A stretch of 64,000 bases of DNA from Candidatus Sulfomarinibacteraceae bacterium (GTDB lineage Bacteria; Acidobacteriota; Thermoanaerobaculia; Thermoanaerobaculales; Sulfomarinibacteraceae): contig CAWCLO010000001.1 in NCBI GenBank assembly GCA_963796455.1, positions 1,088,001-1,152,000 on the forward strand, written 5' to 3'. Position numbers and translations under genes: made by a program. Positions 36,609 to 47,318 of the stretch are shown here, one piece after another; the first letter of the stretch is position 1, and every line of letters begins with the position of its first letter. A model generated the notes under the pieces. That model searched no databases and had not been told where the DNA came from. It saw only the letters and a list, made by a program, of their open reading frames with translations.

Positions 36609-39029
36609 TTAAAATGTGGTCCCGATCGAGAACTGGAAATCACTCTGTTTCTCGTCCGGGTACGGGTCAAGATTGTAACCATAAATAAACCGAATGGGAG
36701 CCTGGAAGATGGGGAGGAAGATCCGGATCTCAGCACCGGTGGTCCGTCGCCAGAGACTGAAATCCCAGCCCTGCTCATCAACATAGGTATTGCCTGTATC
36801 AAAGAAGAGCACCAACTTGACCGGCCCGCCGATACGAAACTGATATTCGAAATTCAACTGCCAGTATCGATCTCCACCGATGCGAGATCCCCCGGGCGAG
36901 AGGAAGTAAAAACCCTCCTCGGTTCGGGGCAGGACCGAGTAATAGGGAATGCCGCGCAGCGATCGGTCACCGCCGAGGCGATACCGTTCGTAGATCGGGA
37001 TCTCCGAATTGTTGTAGGTGAGGAACTGTCCCGCCTCACCGTGGAAGGCCAGGGTGGCCTTTTTGCCCCACGGATGGAAAATCGTATAGCCGATCTCCGG
37101 TCGCACATAGTCGTAGTCGCCACCGAGGATTCCACCGGCCAGCCTCATCCTCAAATGGTAGGCTTTTCCCCTATTGGGGTCGAAAGGGTCATCCTTCGAG
37201 TCGAAATTGTATCCCGGGGTGAAGGAATGGGTCTTGCCGGTGAATTCCTCGAAGGCATATTCGAAGGACTGACCGTCGATCGGTGGGATGCTCGACGGCC
37301 GGTTGTGGCCGGAAGTCGGGTCGCCGATGGTTCCCCCCTGACTCACCACGAAGCGGGAATAATCATCCTGAAAGGACAGGATGCCAGACACCGACGAAAA
37401 GGGGCCGACCCCGAGACCGGTGGAGAGCGAAAAGCCCCTGGTGGTGCGTTCGTAGTCCGAGCGACCGGCGTTGGTCACTTTGATGCTGCTTTGATAGATC
37501 GAAGCACCCAGAAGAATCCGGCGATCCAGGAAATAGGGTTCGGTGTAACTCAGTGAATACAGGTCCGTGCGACGACCCAATTGCAGGGACACGCCGAGGG
37601 TGTTGCCCCGTCCCATGAGGTTCCGGGTGTTGAACTGCCCCTGGATGAAGAAACCGTCAAGCTCGGAGTAGCCGGCCCCGAACTGAATATCGTTGCGACC
37701 GACCTCATTGCCTCTGACCTTGACATTCACCTTTCGGTTCTCATCGTCAAAATCAAATTCGAGAGGCTCTTCTTCGAGTTTCCAGTAACCGAGGGCATTG
37801 ACCTTGAAAACCGAGGCCCGGAAAATGGCCATATTCATGTACTGACCCTCGGAAATTCGAAATTCACGGCGTAGAACCTTGTCACGGGTCGTCGTATTGC
37901 CGACGAACTCGAGCCGACCCAATCGGAACCGTTCACCCTCGAAGACATCGACGACCACATCGACGACATAGTCCTCGCCCTCACGCCGCGCGAAGGTCTG
38001 GTTGGTATATGCGTAGACGTAGCCCGAGTTGTGATAGCCCTCGCGGATCTTCTCCATTCCTTCCTCGATCACCTTGCGGTTGTACAACCCCCCTTCCTGG
38101 ACCGGGAAGACCGACTGGGTGAACTCGGGTCGGAAAATTTCCGCACCCTCCACCTTGAAAGACCCCAACGTATAAGCGGGGCCCTCCTCGACGGGAATGG
38201 TGATGTTCATTTGGTACTTCTTCTTTTTCAGGGTTTCGGCGTCGGGCTTTTTGGCAATCAACTCGATAACGGGCTCGCCGATCTTGACATCGATATAGCC
38301 CTTGTTGCCATAGAAGTTTCGCAGGTTGTCGCGATCTGTATCCCAGTTTTCCCGGGTGTAGATCAACTTCCCACCAAAGAAGTTGCGGAGGCTTTTTTGC
38401 TTGGTCTCCTCGAGCACCCCTCTCAGCTTCGAGTCCTTGAACACGGTGTTTCCAGCAAAATCAATGGAACTGATCTTGACCTTGCCACCCTCGTCGATGA
38501 AATAGGTGATCTGCTTTTTGTTGGCCGCCGCATCCGCCACTTCGTACCGGACCTGAGCCGAACGAAATCCGTCGGTATCGTAGACCTCCTTGATCGCAGA
38601 TTGGATGCGCCCCAATTGCGCCATCTTGAGCGGCACATTGCGTGGGATCTCCACACCTTTTTCATCGAGCTTGTCTTTGAGGTCGGCCGTCTTGATCTTC
38701 TTGTTGCCCTCGAAAAGAACGGTTGTGACAAAGGGCCGCTCGATGACCACGATGTACAAGTTGACCGTCCCGTCGCCGTTGTCCTCGGCATCAACCTGAA
38801 TGTCCTCGAACAGCCCTGAGTCCCACAGCCGCCGATAGCCGTCGGTGATCAACTCGATATCCACCGGATCCTCGGGTTCCAGCCCGAGATAGTAGGAAAC
38901 CGTATCGACAGTCAGGGTCACGCCGCCCTCGACAACGATGTCGCGAATGATCATCTCGCCCTCTTGCGCGGACGCACCGACCGCACCGAGGCACAGAAGA
39001 CAGACGAGCAGGGCAGTGGAAAGCCTCAC
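36609..39029 (-). CDS. bamA: Outer membrane protein assembly factor
   Basis: POTRA-like repeats; TRDKVLRRE; LGGDRSLRG; ends FQFSIGTTF. Confidence 0.95.
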   Translation of the reverse strand: MRLSTALLVCLLCLGAVGASAQEGEMIIRDIVVEGGVTLTVDTVSYYLGLEPEDPVDIELITDGYRRLWDSGLFEDIQVDAEDNGDGTVNLYIVVIERPFVTTVLFEGNKKIKTADLKDKLDEKGVEIPRNVPLKMAQLGRIQSAIKEVYDTDGFRSAQVRYEVADAAANKKQITYFIDEGGKVKISSIDFAGNTVFKDSKLRGVLEETKQKSLRNFFGGKLIYTRENWDTDRDNLRNFYGNKGYIDVKIGEPVIELIAKKPDAETLKKKKYQMNITIPVEEGPAYTLGSFKVEGAEIFRPEFTQSVFPVQEGGLYNRKVIEEGMEKIREGYHNSGYVYAYTNQTFARREGEDYVVDVVVDVFEGERFRLGRLEFVGNTTTRDKVLRREFRISEGQYMNMAIFRASVFKVNALGYWKLEEEPLEFDFDDENRKVNVKVRGNEVGRNDIQFGAGYSELDGFFIQGQFNTRNLMGRGNTLGVSLQLGRRTDLYSLSYTEPYFLDRRILLGASIYQSSIKVTNAGRSDYERTTRGFSLSTGLGVGPFSSVSGILSFQDDYSRFVVSQGGTIGDPTSGHNRPSSIPPIDGQSFEYAFEEFTGKTHSFTPGYNFDSKDDPFDPNRGKAYHLRMRLAGGILGGDYDYVRPEIGYTIFHPWGKKATLAFHGEAGQFLTYNNSEIPIYERYRLGGDRSLRGIPYYSVLPRTEEGFYFLSPGGSRIGGDRYWQLNFEYQFRIGGPVKLVLFFDTGNTYVDEQGWDFSLWRRTTGAEIRIFLPIFQAPIRFIYGYNLDPYPDEKQSDFQFSIGTTF

Positions 39030-41464
39030 GCGTTCCGCCCCTGGGTAACCACATCCCGACCCTTGGCTCGAACAACCGGCCGGTCTTCTTCAACCAGTAC
39101 CCGGATGTCGACATGATCCGTTGTCCGGTTCTGAATCAGGTAGTCCGCAACAGCGTCTTCGACCCACAACTTGACCAAACGGCGCAGAGGTCGCGCCCCC
39201 GCCTGCGGGTCCAGTCCGCATTGCGAGAACAACCAACCCGCCACCTCGGGCGCGAACTCGATCACCACGTTTTTCTTGGCCAGCACAGTCGCCGTCTCCT
39301 CGAGCAGGATGCGCGCCACATCCAGCATGCTTTTTTCATCGAGCGCTCCAAAGACAATGACCTCATCCAGACGATTGATGAACTCCGGCGGAAAGTGCCG
39401 TCGCAGTTCCCGGTCGACCAGATCGCGCACCTGAGAGCTTTCGATGCCGGCGCCGTCACCGGCAAATCCCATCCGATCACCTTCAACCAGCTCTCGCCCA
39501 CCGAGATTCGAGGTCATGATGATCAGGGCGTTTGTGAAATCGATGACGTTGCCGTAGTTGTCCGTCAATCTGCCGTCTTCCAGGACCTGGAGGAGCAGAT
39601 TGTAGACGTCGGGGTGCGCCTTTTCGATCTCGTCGAGCAGAACGACCGAATAGGGGTTGCGACGAACCTGCTCGGACAGCTGGCCTCCCTCTTCAAAACC
39701 GACATAGCCGGGGGGCGACCCGATCAGTCTCGAGACTGTATGTTTTTCCATGTACTCCGACATATCGAATCGCACGAAGCGCCGGGGATCCTGAAAGAGA
39801 AAACCCGCCAGTTGTCGCGCGACCTCGGTTTTGCCCACACCCGAAGGCCCAAGGAAAATAAAGGACCCGATCGGGCGATTCGGGCTCGCAACCCCGAGAC
39901 GGCTGCGGCGAATCGCCTTCGCAACCGCCTGGATCGCATCATCCTGACCGACAACCCGCTGACGAAGGATCTCCTCCATCCGTTGCAGGCGATCAGCCTC
40001 ATCTTCACCGATCGAACTCACCGGGATTCCCGTCCAGGACGCCACCACGTCTTCGATGTCGGCTCGTTCAACGACAATCTGCTCGGGCGGCTCATCGGCA
40101 TGGGTGGTCTCGAGCATCTCGAGCTCTTCGCGAAGCCGCAGTTCCTCTTCACGAAGATCGACGGCGCGCTCGAAATCCTTCAGCGAAATGGCCTCCTTCA
40201 TGCGGGCCACTACTTCGCGTATTTCGTGTTGCACCCGTCGCAGCGACGAGGTCGACGAGACCTGACGCAGTTTGACCCGTGCCCCCGCCTCGTCCAACAC
40301 ATCGATAGCCTTGTCGGGAAAGGCGCGGTCGGTGATATATCGACCGGCATGGGTCACGGCGGCCTTGATCGATTCCGCGGAGTAGCGGACGCCGTGAAAC
40401 TCCTCGTATCGACTCTGGACTCCTTCGAGAATGTTGACGGTTTCGTCTTCGCTTGGCTGTCGAATATTGACCGCCTGGAATCGGCGCGACAGCGCGCGGT
40501 CCTTTTCGACATACTTTCGGTATTCACGGACTGTGGTTGCACCGATACAGGTGATCTCGCCCCGCGACAGGGCCGGTTTGATGATGTTGGCCGCATCCAG
40601 GGATCCTTCGGCCGAACCGGTCCCGATCAAGGAGTGGATTTCATCGATGAAAATGATGATCTCGGGATGATCTTGAAGCTCTTTGAGCAGGCCTTTCAGC
40701 CGTTCTTCAAACTGACCACGATATTTGGTGCCGGCAACCAACAGCGACAGATCAAGGGCCAGAATCCGGCGATCGGCAAGCAGCATCGGGACCGATCCCT
40801 CGACGATACGGGTCGCCAGACCCTCGACGATGGCGGTCTTGCCGACTCCTGACTCTCCCAACAAGAGCGGGTTGTTCTTGGTCCGCCGGCTGAGAATCTG
40901 CACCATCCGTTCGACTTCCTGCTCACGACCGATCAAAGGATCGAAGGAACCGTCAACGGCGAGTGTCGTCAGATCACGCGAGTACTCGGCCATGTGCGGG
41001 GTGGCCTGGGCAGTGGCCTCGGCTTCGAGTTCGCGACCGCGGCGAACGACATCCTCCCGCAATTGGAAAAGGTCCAGACCGCGGGCATTGAGATACTGAG
41101 CCGCCGTCGAGCCTTCGACCCGCAGGAGGCCGAGGACGAGGTGCTCGGACCCAACGTTTGCGTGACCCATGCTCTCGGCTTCGTGAACCGCGAAGGCCAA
41201 CGCCTTCTTGGTTTCTTCGGCCAGGGGTAGATCCGGTGAAGTACTCACCCGCTCCAAGCTGACCCGGTCGCCGAGCAGTTCGTCGCGCAGTTCTCGAGCC
41301 ACAACGCCTTTGTCGGCGAGCAACTCGCCAAATTCAGGATCAGCCTCACGCAGCATACCCAGAAGGACGTGCTGCGTTCCGATCGACCGACTGCTCGAGC
41401 GACTCGCCTCGTAGCGAGCAAAGAACAGACTACGCCGTACGTGTTCGTTGAATCGTTCAAACAT
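39026..41464 (-). CDS. clpC: ATP-dependent Clp protease ATP-binding subunit (ClpC-type)
   Basis: Clp-N repeats; GESGVGKT; UVR-like coil; GPSGVGKT; RMGF loop. Confidence 0.9.
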   Translation of the reverse strand: MFERFNEHVRRSLFFARYEASRSSSRSIGTQHVLLGMLREADPEFGELLADKGVVARELRDELLGDRVSLERVSTSPDLPLAEETKKALAFAVHEAESMGHANVGSEHLVLGLLRVEGSTAAQYLNARGLDLFQLREDVVRRGRELEAEATAQATPHMAEYSRDLTTLAVDGSFDPLIGREQEVERMVQILSRRTKNNPLLLGESGVGKTAIVEGLATRIVEGSVPMLLADRRILALDLSLLVAGTKYRGQFEERLKGLLKELQDHPEIIIFIDEIHSLIGTGSAEGSLDAANIIKPALSRGEITCIGATTVREYRKYVEKDRALSRRFQAVNIRQPSEDETVNILEGVQSRYEEFHGVRYSAESIKAAVTHAGRYITDRAFPDKAIDVLDEAGARVKLRQVSSTSSLRRVQHEIREVVARMKEAISLKDFERAVDLREEELRLREELEMLETTHADEPPEQIVVERADIEDVVASWTGIPVSSIGEDEADRLQRMEEILRQRVVGQDDAIQAVAKAIRRSRLGVASPNRPIGSFIFLGPSGVGKTEVARQLAGFLFQDPRRFVRFDMSEYMEKHTVSRLIGSPPGYVGFEEGGQLSEQVRRNPYSVVLLDEIEKAHPDVYNLLLQVLEDGRLTDNYGNVIDFTNALIIMTSNLGGRELVEGDRMGFAGDGAGIESSQVRDLVDRELRRHFPPEFINRLDEVIVFGALDEKSMLDVARILLEETATVLAKKNVVIEFAPEVAGWLFSQCGLDPQAGARPLRRLVKLWVEDAVADYLIQNRTTDHVDIRVLVEEDRPVVRAKGRDVVTQGRNA

Positions 41465-42149
41465 ATTCGAAACGTTCGCCCGCAGGCGCTAGGCGAAAGA
41501 CGCCATCACACATGCGGGCCATCTCCTCGTCGTGGGTCACTATAATTGATGTCAATCCGGCCAGCAAATGCAGCTCACGGACCAGAGCGAAGACCTGCTC
41601 AGAGTTGGCGCGGTCGAGGTTGCCGGTGGGTTCGTCCGCGAGCAACAGTCTCGGCTTCATGGCGAGGGCCCTGGCAACTGCCACCCGTTGTTGCTCCCCG
41701 CCCGATAGCTGGTCGGGAAAGTGATGGGCACGAGCCTCGAGAGACACGGCCTCCAACAGCTCATCCGCCCGCGCACGCGCCGGCCCGGCGGCCTGGCCGT
41801 TGATGCGAAGAGGAAGCGCGATATTGTCGCGCGCATCGAGTTCGTCGAGCAGATAGTGGTGCTGAAAGACAAAACCGATCATCTCGTTGCGCAGCCGGGC
41901 TCGTTGTTCGCCGTCGAAATCACCAACTTCGCGGCCATCGAGGATCAGACTGCCTTCGTCCGGCCGGTCGAGCAGACCGACGATGTGGAGCAGGGTGCTC
42001 TTACCGACGCCGGACGGCCCGACCACTGCCAGAAGCTGACCCGATTGAAGATCGAAATCGAGCTTCTGCAACACCTCGACACGGGTGCTTCCCACGCCAA
42101 AGCCTTTTGTGACTCCACGCATCTCGACCAGCGGTCTGGACTCACTCAT
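41457..42149 (-). CDS. lolD: Lipoprotein-releasing ABC ATPase
   Basis: GPSGVGKST, GFVFQ, LSGGEQQRVA and ADEPTGNLD; adjacent to a LolC/E-like permease. Confidence 0.85.
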   Translation of the reverse strand: MSESRPLVEMRGVTKGFGVGSTRVEVLQKLDFDLQSGQLLAVVGPSGVGKSTLLHIVGLLDRPDEGSLILDGREVGDFDGEQRARLRNEMIGFVFQHHYLLDELDARDNIALPLRINGQAAGPARARADELLEAVSLEARAHHFPDQLSGGEQQRVAVARALAMKPRLLLADEPTGNLDRANSEQVFALVRELHLLAGLTSIIVTHDEEMARMCDGVFRLAPAGERFEYV

Positions 42150-43323
42150 ATCTCAGCCCATCTGCCGGTTCGCGCCGTGCAATCAATCGAGAGGGCAGCC
42201 ACGACGCAGTGGCGGCCAAAGTGAGCGCCAAAGCCATCACCATTCCGACCATCAACGGATCGACCCGGAAGGGCACCGAAGAAACGACAAAAATGCCCCG
42301 CGGCAGGGGCAGCGCACCGGTGCGATCGAGGATGAGCGCCGTGGCGATTCCGAGTGAAGCACCAATAATCGAGCCGACCATGCCGATCCCGACGCCGAGG
42401 AAAAGAAACAGCCGGCGGAGCGCACTCGGCGACAAACCGATCCCGGCAAGGACCGAGAGATCAATTCTTTTTTCGGCCGCTATCATGGCGACATTACAGA
42501 GGAGATTGAGGGCGGCGACCACCAGCATCAATCCGACCGCAAGAAAAATCATCACTCTTTCAAGGGCGAGCGCCAGCAGGAGCGGTCGATGCAGCTCCTC
42601 GAGGTCAAGGACCCGTGCAGAGATACCCTCGTTTTCGATGACGGTTCGAAGCCTGGAACCAAGACGCCACGGATCATCGACATCGCGAAGCTCGAGGGCC
42701 TCGACGCGACCACCCCCCCACAGCAAGCGCTGCGCCGCTTCGAGCGGCAGCCGGATTGAACCGGCCTCCGCGCCGGGTTCAGTGGTCTGGACTGCAGCGA
42801 CCTCGGTCCGCACTCTGACCGGCAGCGGACCCATCGGCGTCAGACGGTGACGAGGAGAAATCACCTGAAGAATGTCGCCGCGGCCGACTCCCAGCCTCGC
42901 CGCCAAAACCCGGTCGATCGACACATCCAACGCGTCAGACCGGCCGACCACCGATGCCGGAACGGCATCCATGGCCGACGAAACAAGGCACGTACCGCGT
43001 ACAACCTGCACCATTTCCATCTGGCCGAACTCTTTTTGCAAGACCGAGGCCAACTTCTGCGGATCCTCGAGAAGACGGCCCTCGGCCGGGACAATCCGCG
43101 CGTGAGCCGCTTCGTTGACAATCTCCTGACGGATGCTGGATTGGAACCCATCCAGAAGCGAGAGGGTCACCACCAGGGCGAGCACTCCGAGACCGAGGCC
43201 CACCATAGAGATCAGGGTCACCGTTGCAACGTGGGTCCGGCGCCGGAGCCCGACCAGGTAGCGGCGTGCGAGGTGGAGCTCAGCGGACAAACTCACCACC
43301 AAACTGTCCGATTGCCCGGACAT
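42142..43323 (-). CDS. LolC/LolE-family ABC permease (start uncertain)
   Basis: LARRYL; four-TM FtsX topology; ends PADGLRYE. Confidence 0.85.
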   Translation of the reverse strand: MSGQSDSLVVSLSAELHLARRYLVGLRRRTHVATVTLISMVGLGLGVLALVVTLSLLDGFQSSIRQEIVNEAAHARIVPAEGRLLEDPQKLASVLQKEFGQMEMVQVVRGTCLVSSAMDAVPASVVGRSDALDVSIDRVLAARLGVGRGDILQVISPRHRLTPMGPLPVRVRTEVAAVQTTEPGAEAGSIRLPLEAAQRLLWGGGRVEALELRDVDDPWRLGSRLRTVIENEGISARVLDLEELHRPLLLALALERVMIFLAVGLMLVVAALNLLCNVAMIAAEKRIDLSVLAGIGLSPSALRRLFLFLGVGIGMVGSIIGASLGIATALILDRTGALPLPRGIFVVSSVPFRVDPLMVGMVMALALTLAATASWLPSRLIARREPADGLRYE

Positions 43324-43394
43324 CCGTCCGCCCGCACGGACATATCGAGGCGAGCCGGAAACCCGGCCCTGATTTTGGAATCAACTTCCTCACC

Positions 43395-44879
43395 TCAATC
43401 CCGCGGGCGCAGCTGCGGGAAGAGGATGGCATCGCGAATCGATTGCTGATTGGTCAATAACATGACCAAACGATCGATACCGATCCCTTCGCCACCGGCC
43501 GGGGGCATGCCATGTTCGATAGCAAGCACGAAATCCTCGTCCACCATGCCGTCTTGCTCGGCCGCCTGGGCTTCGAGCCGACGTCGCTGCTCGACGGGAT
43601 CGTTGAGCTCGGTAAAAGCATTCGCCACCTCGAGGCCACCGATAAAGAGCTCGAATCGTTCAACCACATCGGGATCGTCCGGGGTCGATTTGGCAAAGGG
43701 CGAGATCTCGCGCGGGAAATCCATGATGAAGGTGGGATTGATCATCAGCGACTCGGCGGTCATCTCGAAGAGCTCGGCGAAGAGATTGCCGTCGGAACGC
43801 TCATCGATGCGCTGCACTTCAAGCTTGCGCGCCGCCGCTTCCATCTTTGGCCGATCGGTCAGGTCATCCGGGCTCAAGTCAGAGTACTCGAGGATGGCAT
43901 CGCGCATACGCAGCCGGCGCCACGGTCGGTTGAAATCGATGGTGTGCTCGCCCCACTCCACCACCAGCCCACCGGTCACCTCTTCGACGACGCCGGTCAC
44001 CAGCTCTTCAGTGAGATCCATCATCATTTCGTAGTCCGCATATGCCCAGTAGAACTCGAGCATCGTGAACTCGGGATTGTGGCGAGTGGAGATCCCCTCG
44101 TTGCGGAAGTTTCGATTCAACTCGAAGACCCGCTCGAAGCCGCCGATCGTCAACCGCTTGAGGAAGAGCTCGGGTGCGATGCGGAGATAGAGCTCCAGAT
44201 CGAGGGTGTTGTGATGCGTCACGAAGGGCCGCGCAGTGGCGCCGCCCGGTATCGGTTGCATCATGGGCGTTTCGACCTCCATGAATCCCTTGTCCTCGAG
44301 CCGCCTCCTGATGGACGAAATCGTCCTCGATCGAGTTTCGAAGACCTCGCGGGAAGATGGGTTGGACAGAAGATCGAGATACCGTTGCCGCGCTCGCGCC
44401 TCGCGATCGGTCAAGCCATGATATTTCTCCGGCAGGGGCCGAAGGGACTTCGACAATATCTGGAGCTTTTTGACGGCGACGCTGAGTTCTCCGGCCCGGG
44501 TCCTGAAGACCGTCCCTTCAACACCAAGAAAATCGCCAAGATCGAGCAGCTTGAAGATCTGCCAGTCGAGTTCGTCGAGATCGTTCTTTCGCAGATAGAG
44601 CTGGATCTGACCGGCACCGTCCGAAAGATCACAGAACGAAACCTTTCCGTGGCCCCGAACCGCCACCAGACGACCGGCCAGCCGGACCTCAGGTTTCGCC
44701 GCCTCAAGCTCATCGGCGGTCTTTTCCTCGAACCGGGCACGCGATTCACTGACGGATTCCTCGACCCGATAACGACGGGGATAAGGATCCTGACCGAGCT
44801 CATAAAGAGCATCGAGCTTGGCTCGGCGGTTGGCTATCAGCTGTTCAACCGGTTGTTGGGCATCATCCTTGCTGTCCAC
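43395..44879 (-). CDS. lysS: Lysine--tRNA ligase (class II)
   Basis: RQRYLDL, YLRIAPEL, FRNEG, HNPEFTMLE and GIGIDRL. Confidence 0.97.
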   Translation of the reverse strand: MDSKDDAQQPVEQLIANRRAKLDALYELGQDPYPRRYRVEESVSESRARFEEKTADELEAAKPEVRLAGRLVAVRGHGKVSFCDLSDGAGQIQLYLRKNDLDELDWQIFKLLDLGDFLGVEGTVFRTRAGELSVAVKKLQILSKSLRPLPEKYHGLTDREARARQRYLDLLSNPSSREVFETRSRTISSIRRRLEDKGFMEVETPMMQPIPGGATARPFVTHHNTLDLELYLRIAPELFLKRLTIGGFERVFELNRNFRNEGISTRHNPEFTMLEFYWAYADYEMMMDLTEELVTGVVEEVTGGLVVEWGEHTIDFNRPWRRLRMRDAILEYSDLSPDDLTDRPKMEAAARKLEVQRIDERSDGNLFAELFEMTAESLMINPTFIMDFPREISPFAKSTPDDPDVVERFELFIGGLEVANAFTELNDPVEQRRRLEAQAAEQDGMVDEDFVLAIEHGMPPAGGEGIGIDRLVMLLTNQQSIRDAILFPQLRPRD

Positions 44880-44965
44880 GCATCCTCCAACTGCTTCGTG
44901 CGGCGCGCTATTTTACCTCAGCATTTCGCCTTCGGCGAATTGCAGGGACCAATTTTTTCAACAAT

Positions 44966-45796
44966 TTACCGCTTGTTCTTTGCGTGCGCTGAGGCGCTGC
45001 CTTTTTTTGCCTTCGGGTCCTTCGGCGTTGGCCGCCGGCGTCGGGGAGGCCTGGGACGGCCCGGTTTTGCAGACGAGCGCCTCAATTCCTCGATTTCTTT
45101 TGCGCTCAAGGTGCGGAACTCACCAGCCTTCAGCGATTTGTCCCGCAAAGGGCCGATCGCGGTCCGCCGCAATCGTTGCACGTGGTGACCGGCGTGAAAA
45201 AACAACTCGCGAACCTCGTGGGTACGGCCCTCGCTGACCTCGACCCGCCACCAACTGCTCGATCCACCACGCCTCTTGGATTCGCAGCGCGCCGACAATG
45301 GCTTGACCCGACACCCTTCGATGACGGTGCCGGCCATCAACTTTTTGTATTCGGAGTCGCTGAGATCGCCGCGGATCTTGACCAGGTACTCGCGCACGAT
45401 CCCATGCCGCGGGTGGGCGACTTTTGCCGCCAGATCCCCATCGTTGGTGAGTATGATCAGGCCCTCGGAGTGATAGTCGAGCCGGCCGACCGGATAGACC
45501 CGCTCTCGGATCACTGGTCTGACGATGTCGATCACCGTGCGGCGCTGTTCGGGGTCATCACAGGTGGTCATCACCTCGCGGGGTTTGTAGACGAGAAAGT
45601 ACCGCAACTGCTCGGGAGCCTTGATTGCCCTGCCGTCAACCTTGATGTGAACCTCGGTCAGTTCGACCTTTTCCCCGGTCACAGCGACCCGCCCATCGAC
45701 GGTCACCCTGCCATCGGCGATCATCCGGTCGGCGTCGCGACGAGAGCACAGACCGGAACGCGCAATGATTTTCTGTAATCGTTCTTCTGCCATCAT
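44966..45796 (-). CDS. rRNA pseudouridine synthase (RluB/RsuA family)
   Basis: S4 domain ERLQK..SRR; PVGRLD; EGR. Confidence 0.92.
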   Translation of the reverse strand: MMAEERLQKIIARSGLCSRRDADRMIADGRVTVDGRVAVTGEKVELTEVHIKVDGRAIKAPEQLRYFLVYKPREVMTTCDDPEQRRTVIDIVRPVIRERVYPVGRLDYHSEGLIILTNDGDLAAKVAHPRHGIVREYLVKIRGDLSDSEYKKLMAGTVIEGCRVKPLSARCESKRRGGSSSWWRVEVSEGRTHEVRELFFHAGHHVQRLRRTAIGPLRDKSLKAGEFRTLSAKEIEELRRSSAKPGRPRPPRRRRPTPKDPKAKKGSASAHAKNKR

Positions 45797-45867
45797 TCCC
45801 TCACACTGGGATTCTCCACCTCGCGGCGGGGTTGGTGATTGTAGCGCGAAGTCGGCGGGAAGGCTAT

Positions 45868-46009
45868 GGGGCTTGGGGCTTGGGGCTTGGGGCTTGGGGC
45901 TTGGGGCTTGGGGCTTGGGGCTTGGGGCTTGGGGCTTGGGGCTTGGGGCTTCAATGGATCGATCGCGTATCTGAGCATGTCAAGCCCCAGGTCCCGGGTC
46001 TCGAGCCTC
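45868..46009. repeat. (GGGGCTT)12 perfect array with a degenerate inverted partner
   Basis: 45868-45951 is perfect; CAAGCCCCAGGTCCCGGGTCTCGAGCCTC lies at 45981-46009. Confidence 0.95.
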
Positions 46010-46031
46010 TTGGCGTGGAATCGACTATCCT

Positions 46032-47297
46032 GTGATGGTCATGCCCTCCATCGACATCAACGCTCTCGACGGCGATCTGCTCTTGCGCGGCGTGTGGGAG
46101 GGTCTGGGCCGCCCGGAAATCCATCTGACGGGCGGGTATCTCCGCGACCGGCTGCTTGGCGGAAACAACTCGGACCTCGATCTCGTACTGCCCGGCACGA
46201 TCGACGACACCCACGGCCCCGCGAAGCGCCTGGCGGCCAGGCTCGACACATCGGCCCACATCCTCGGACGTGGAGAAAAGAGCGTCTGGAGGATTGAGAC
46301 CTCGGAAATCAATATTGAGCTCTGGCCCCTGGGCGACCTGAGCCTCGACGATGACATCAGGAGACGGGATTTCTCGATCAATGCGCTGGTTCGACCGCTG
46401 CCGGATGGGGCCATTGTGGATCGGGTTGGAGGCCTCGATGATCTTGGTGGCGGCGTGCTGCGAGCCATCTCAAAAAAGAATCTCGAGGAGGACCCCGTCC
46501 GGTTGCTGCGCGCGCCGCGCTTCCTCGCACAGCTCGACGGCTTCGAAATCGATAGCGAAAGCGCTCGGTGGATTCGGGATCTGACTCAACGACTCCATGA
46601 CGCGCCACGCGAAAGGGTCGGGACCGAACTCTCCAAGCTGGTGCGGGCGCCGGGAGCCGCTCGCGGTCTGCAGACCCTGGGTCAACTCGGTCTCCTGCTG
46701 CCGGCTGCTCCCGAAGGCTCGTCATGCGACGTCCGATGGCTCGACCGGAACCTCGATACGGTGCATCGATTGGTCATTCCGAAAATGCACCCCGTCCCCG
46801 CAGCCCTGCTCCAGGCCGGAGACTCCGCCCGGCTGGCACCTCTTTTTTTGGCATGGGGCACTCCCGATGAAAAATCATTAGCACCCTATGCGTGGCCGCG
46901 GGAGATTCGTCGACACGCCGTCCAGGCAGCAGAACTCCTCCAGCAGGCCCTCGCGACGGTCGGTGCCCCGATCAAGGACCGGAGGGCTATGATCCACATG
47001 GTTGGAACCGGTTTTCCGGCCGTACTGGCATTTGCCGCTGCCGTCCAACCCGACCATCCATGGCGCAGGTGGTGGCGGCTGTGGTTGGAGCGTGGGGCCG
47101 AACTGGTGTGTCCCTCAGCAATGCTCACCGGAAATGAAATCGCGGAGATCGTCGGTCTGAAGCCGGGGTCCGAGCTCGGCCGCGTGGTCAGATCTTTCAT
47201 CGAAGCCCAGGTGAGGGGCGAGTTTCGAAGCCGCGCGGGGAGTATCCGATGGCTGCGCGGCATGCTCGGAGAGCTTGGCCGACCAGGATCTCCATAA
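46032..47297 (+). CDS. CCA-adding enzyme / poly(A) polymerase family nucleotidyltransferase
   Basis: GGYLRD, DLD, RRDFSINAL and EDPVRLLRAPRF. Confidence 0.9.
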   Translation: MMVMPSIDINALDGDLLLRGVWEGLGRPEIHLTGGYLRDRLLGGNNSDLDLVLPGTIDDTHGPAKRLAARLDTSAHILGRGEKSVWRIETSEINIELWPLGDLSLDDDIRRRDFSINALVRPLPDGAIVDRVGGLDDLGGGVLRAISKKNLEEDPVRLLRAPRFLAQLDGFEIDSESARWIRDLTQRLHDAPRERVGTELSKLVRAPGAARGLQTLGQLGLLLPAAPEGSSCDVRWLDRNLDTVHRLVIPKMHPVPAALLQAGDSARLAPLFLAWGTPDEKSLAPYAWPREIRRHAVQAAELLQQALATVGAPIKDRRAMIHMVGTGFPAVLAFAAAVQPDHPWRRWWRLWLERGAELVCPSAMLTGNEIAEIVGLKPGSELGRVVRSFIEAQVRGEFRSRAGSIRWLRGMLGELGRPGSP

Positions 47298-47318
47298 AAA
47301 ATACGCAAATCACCAGGA

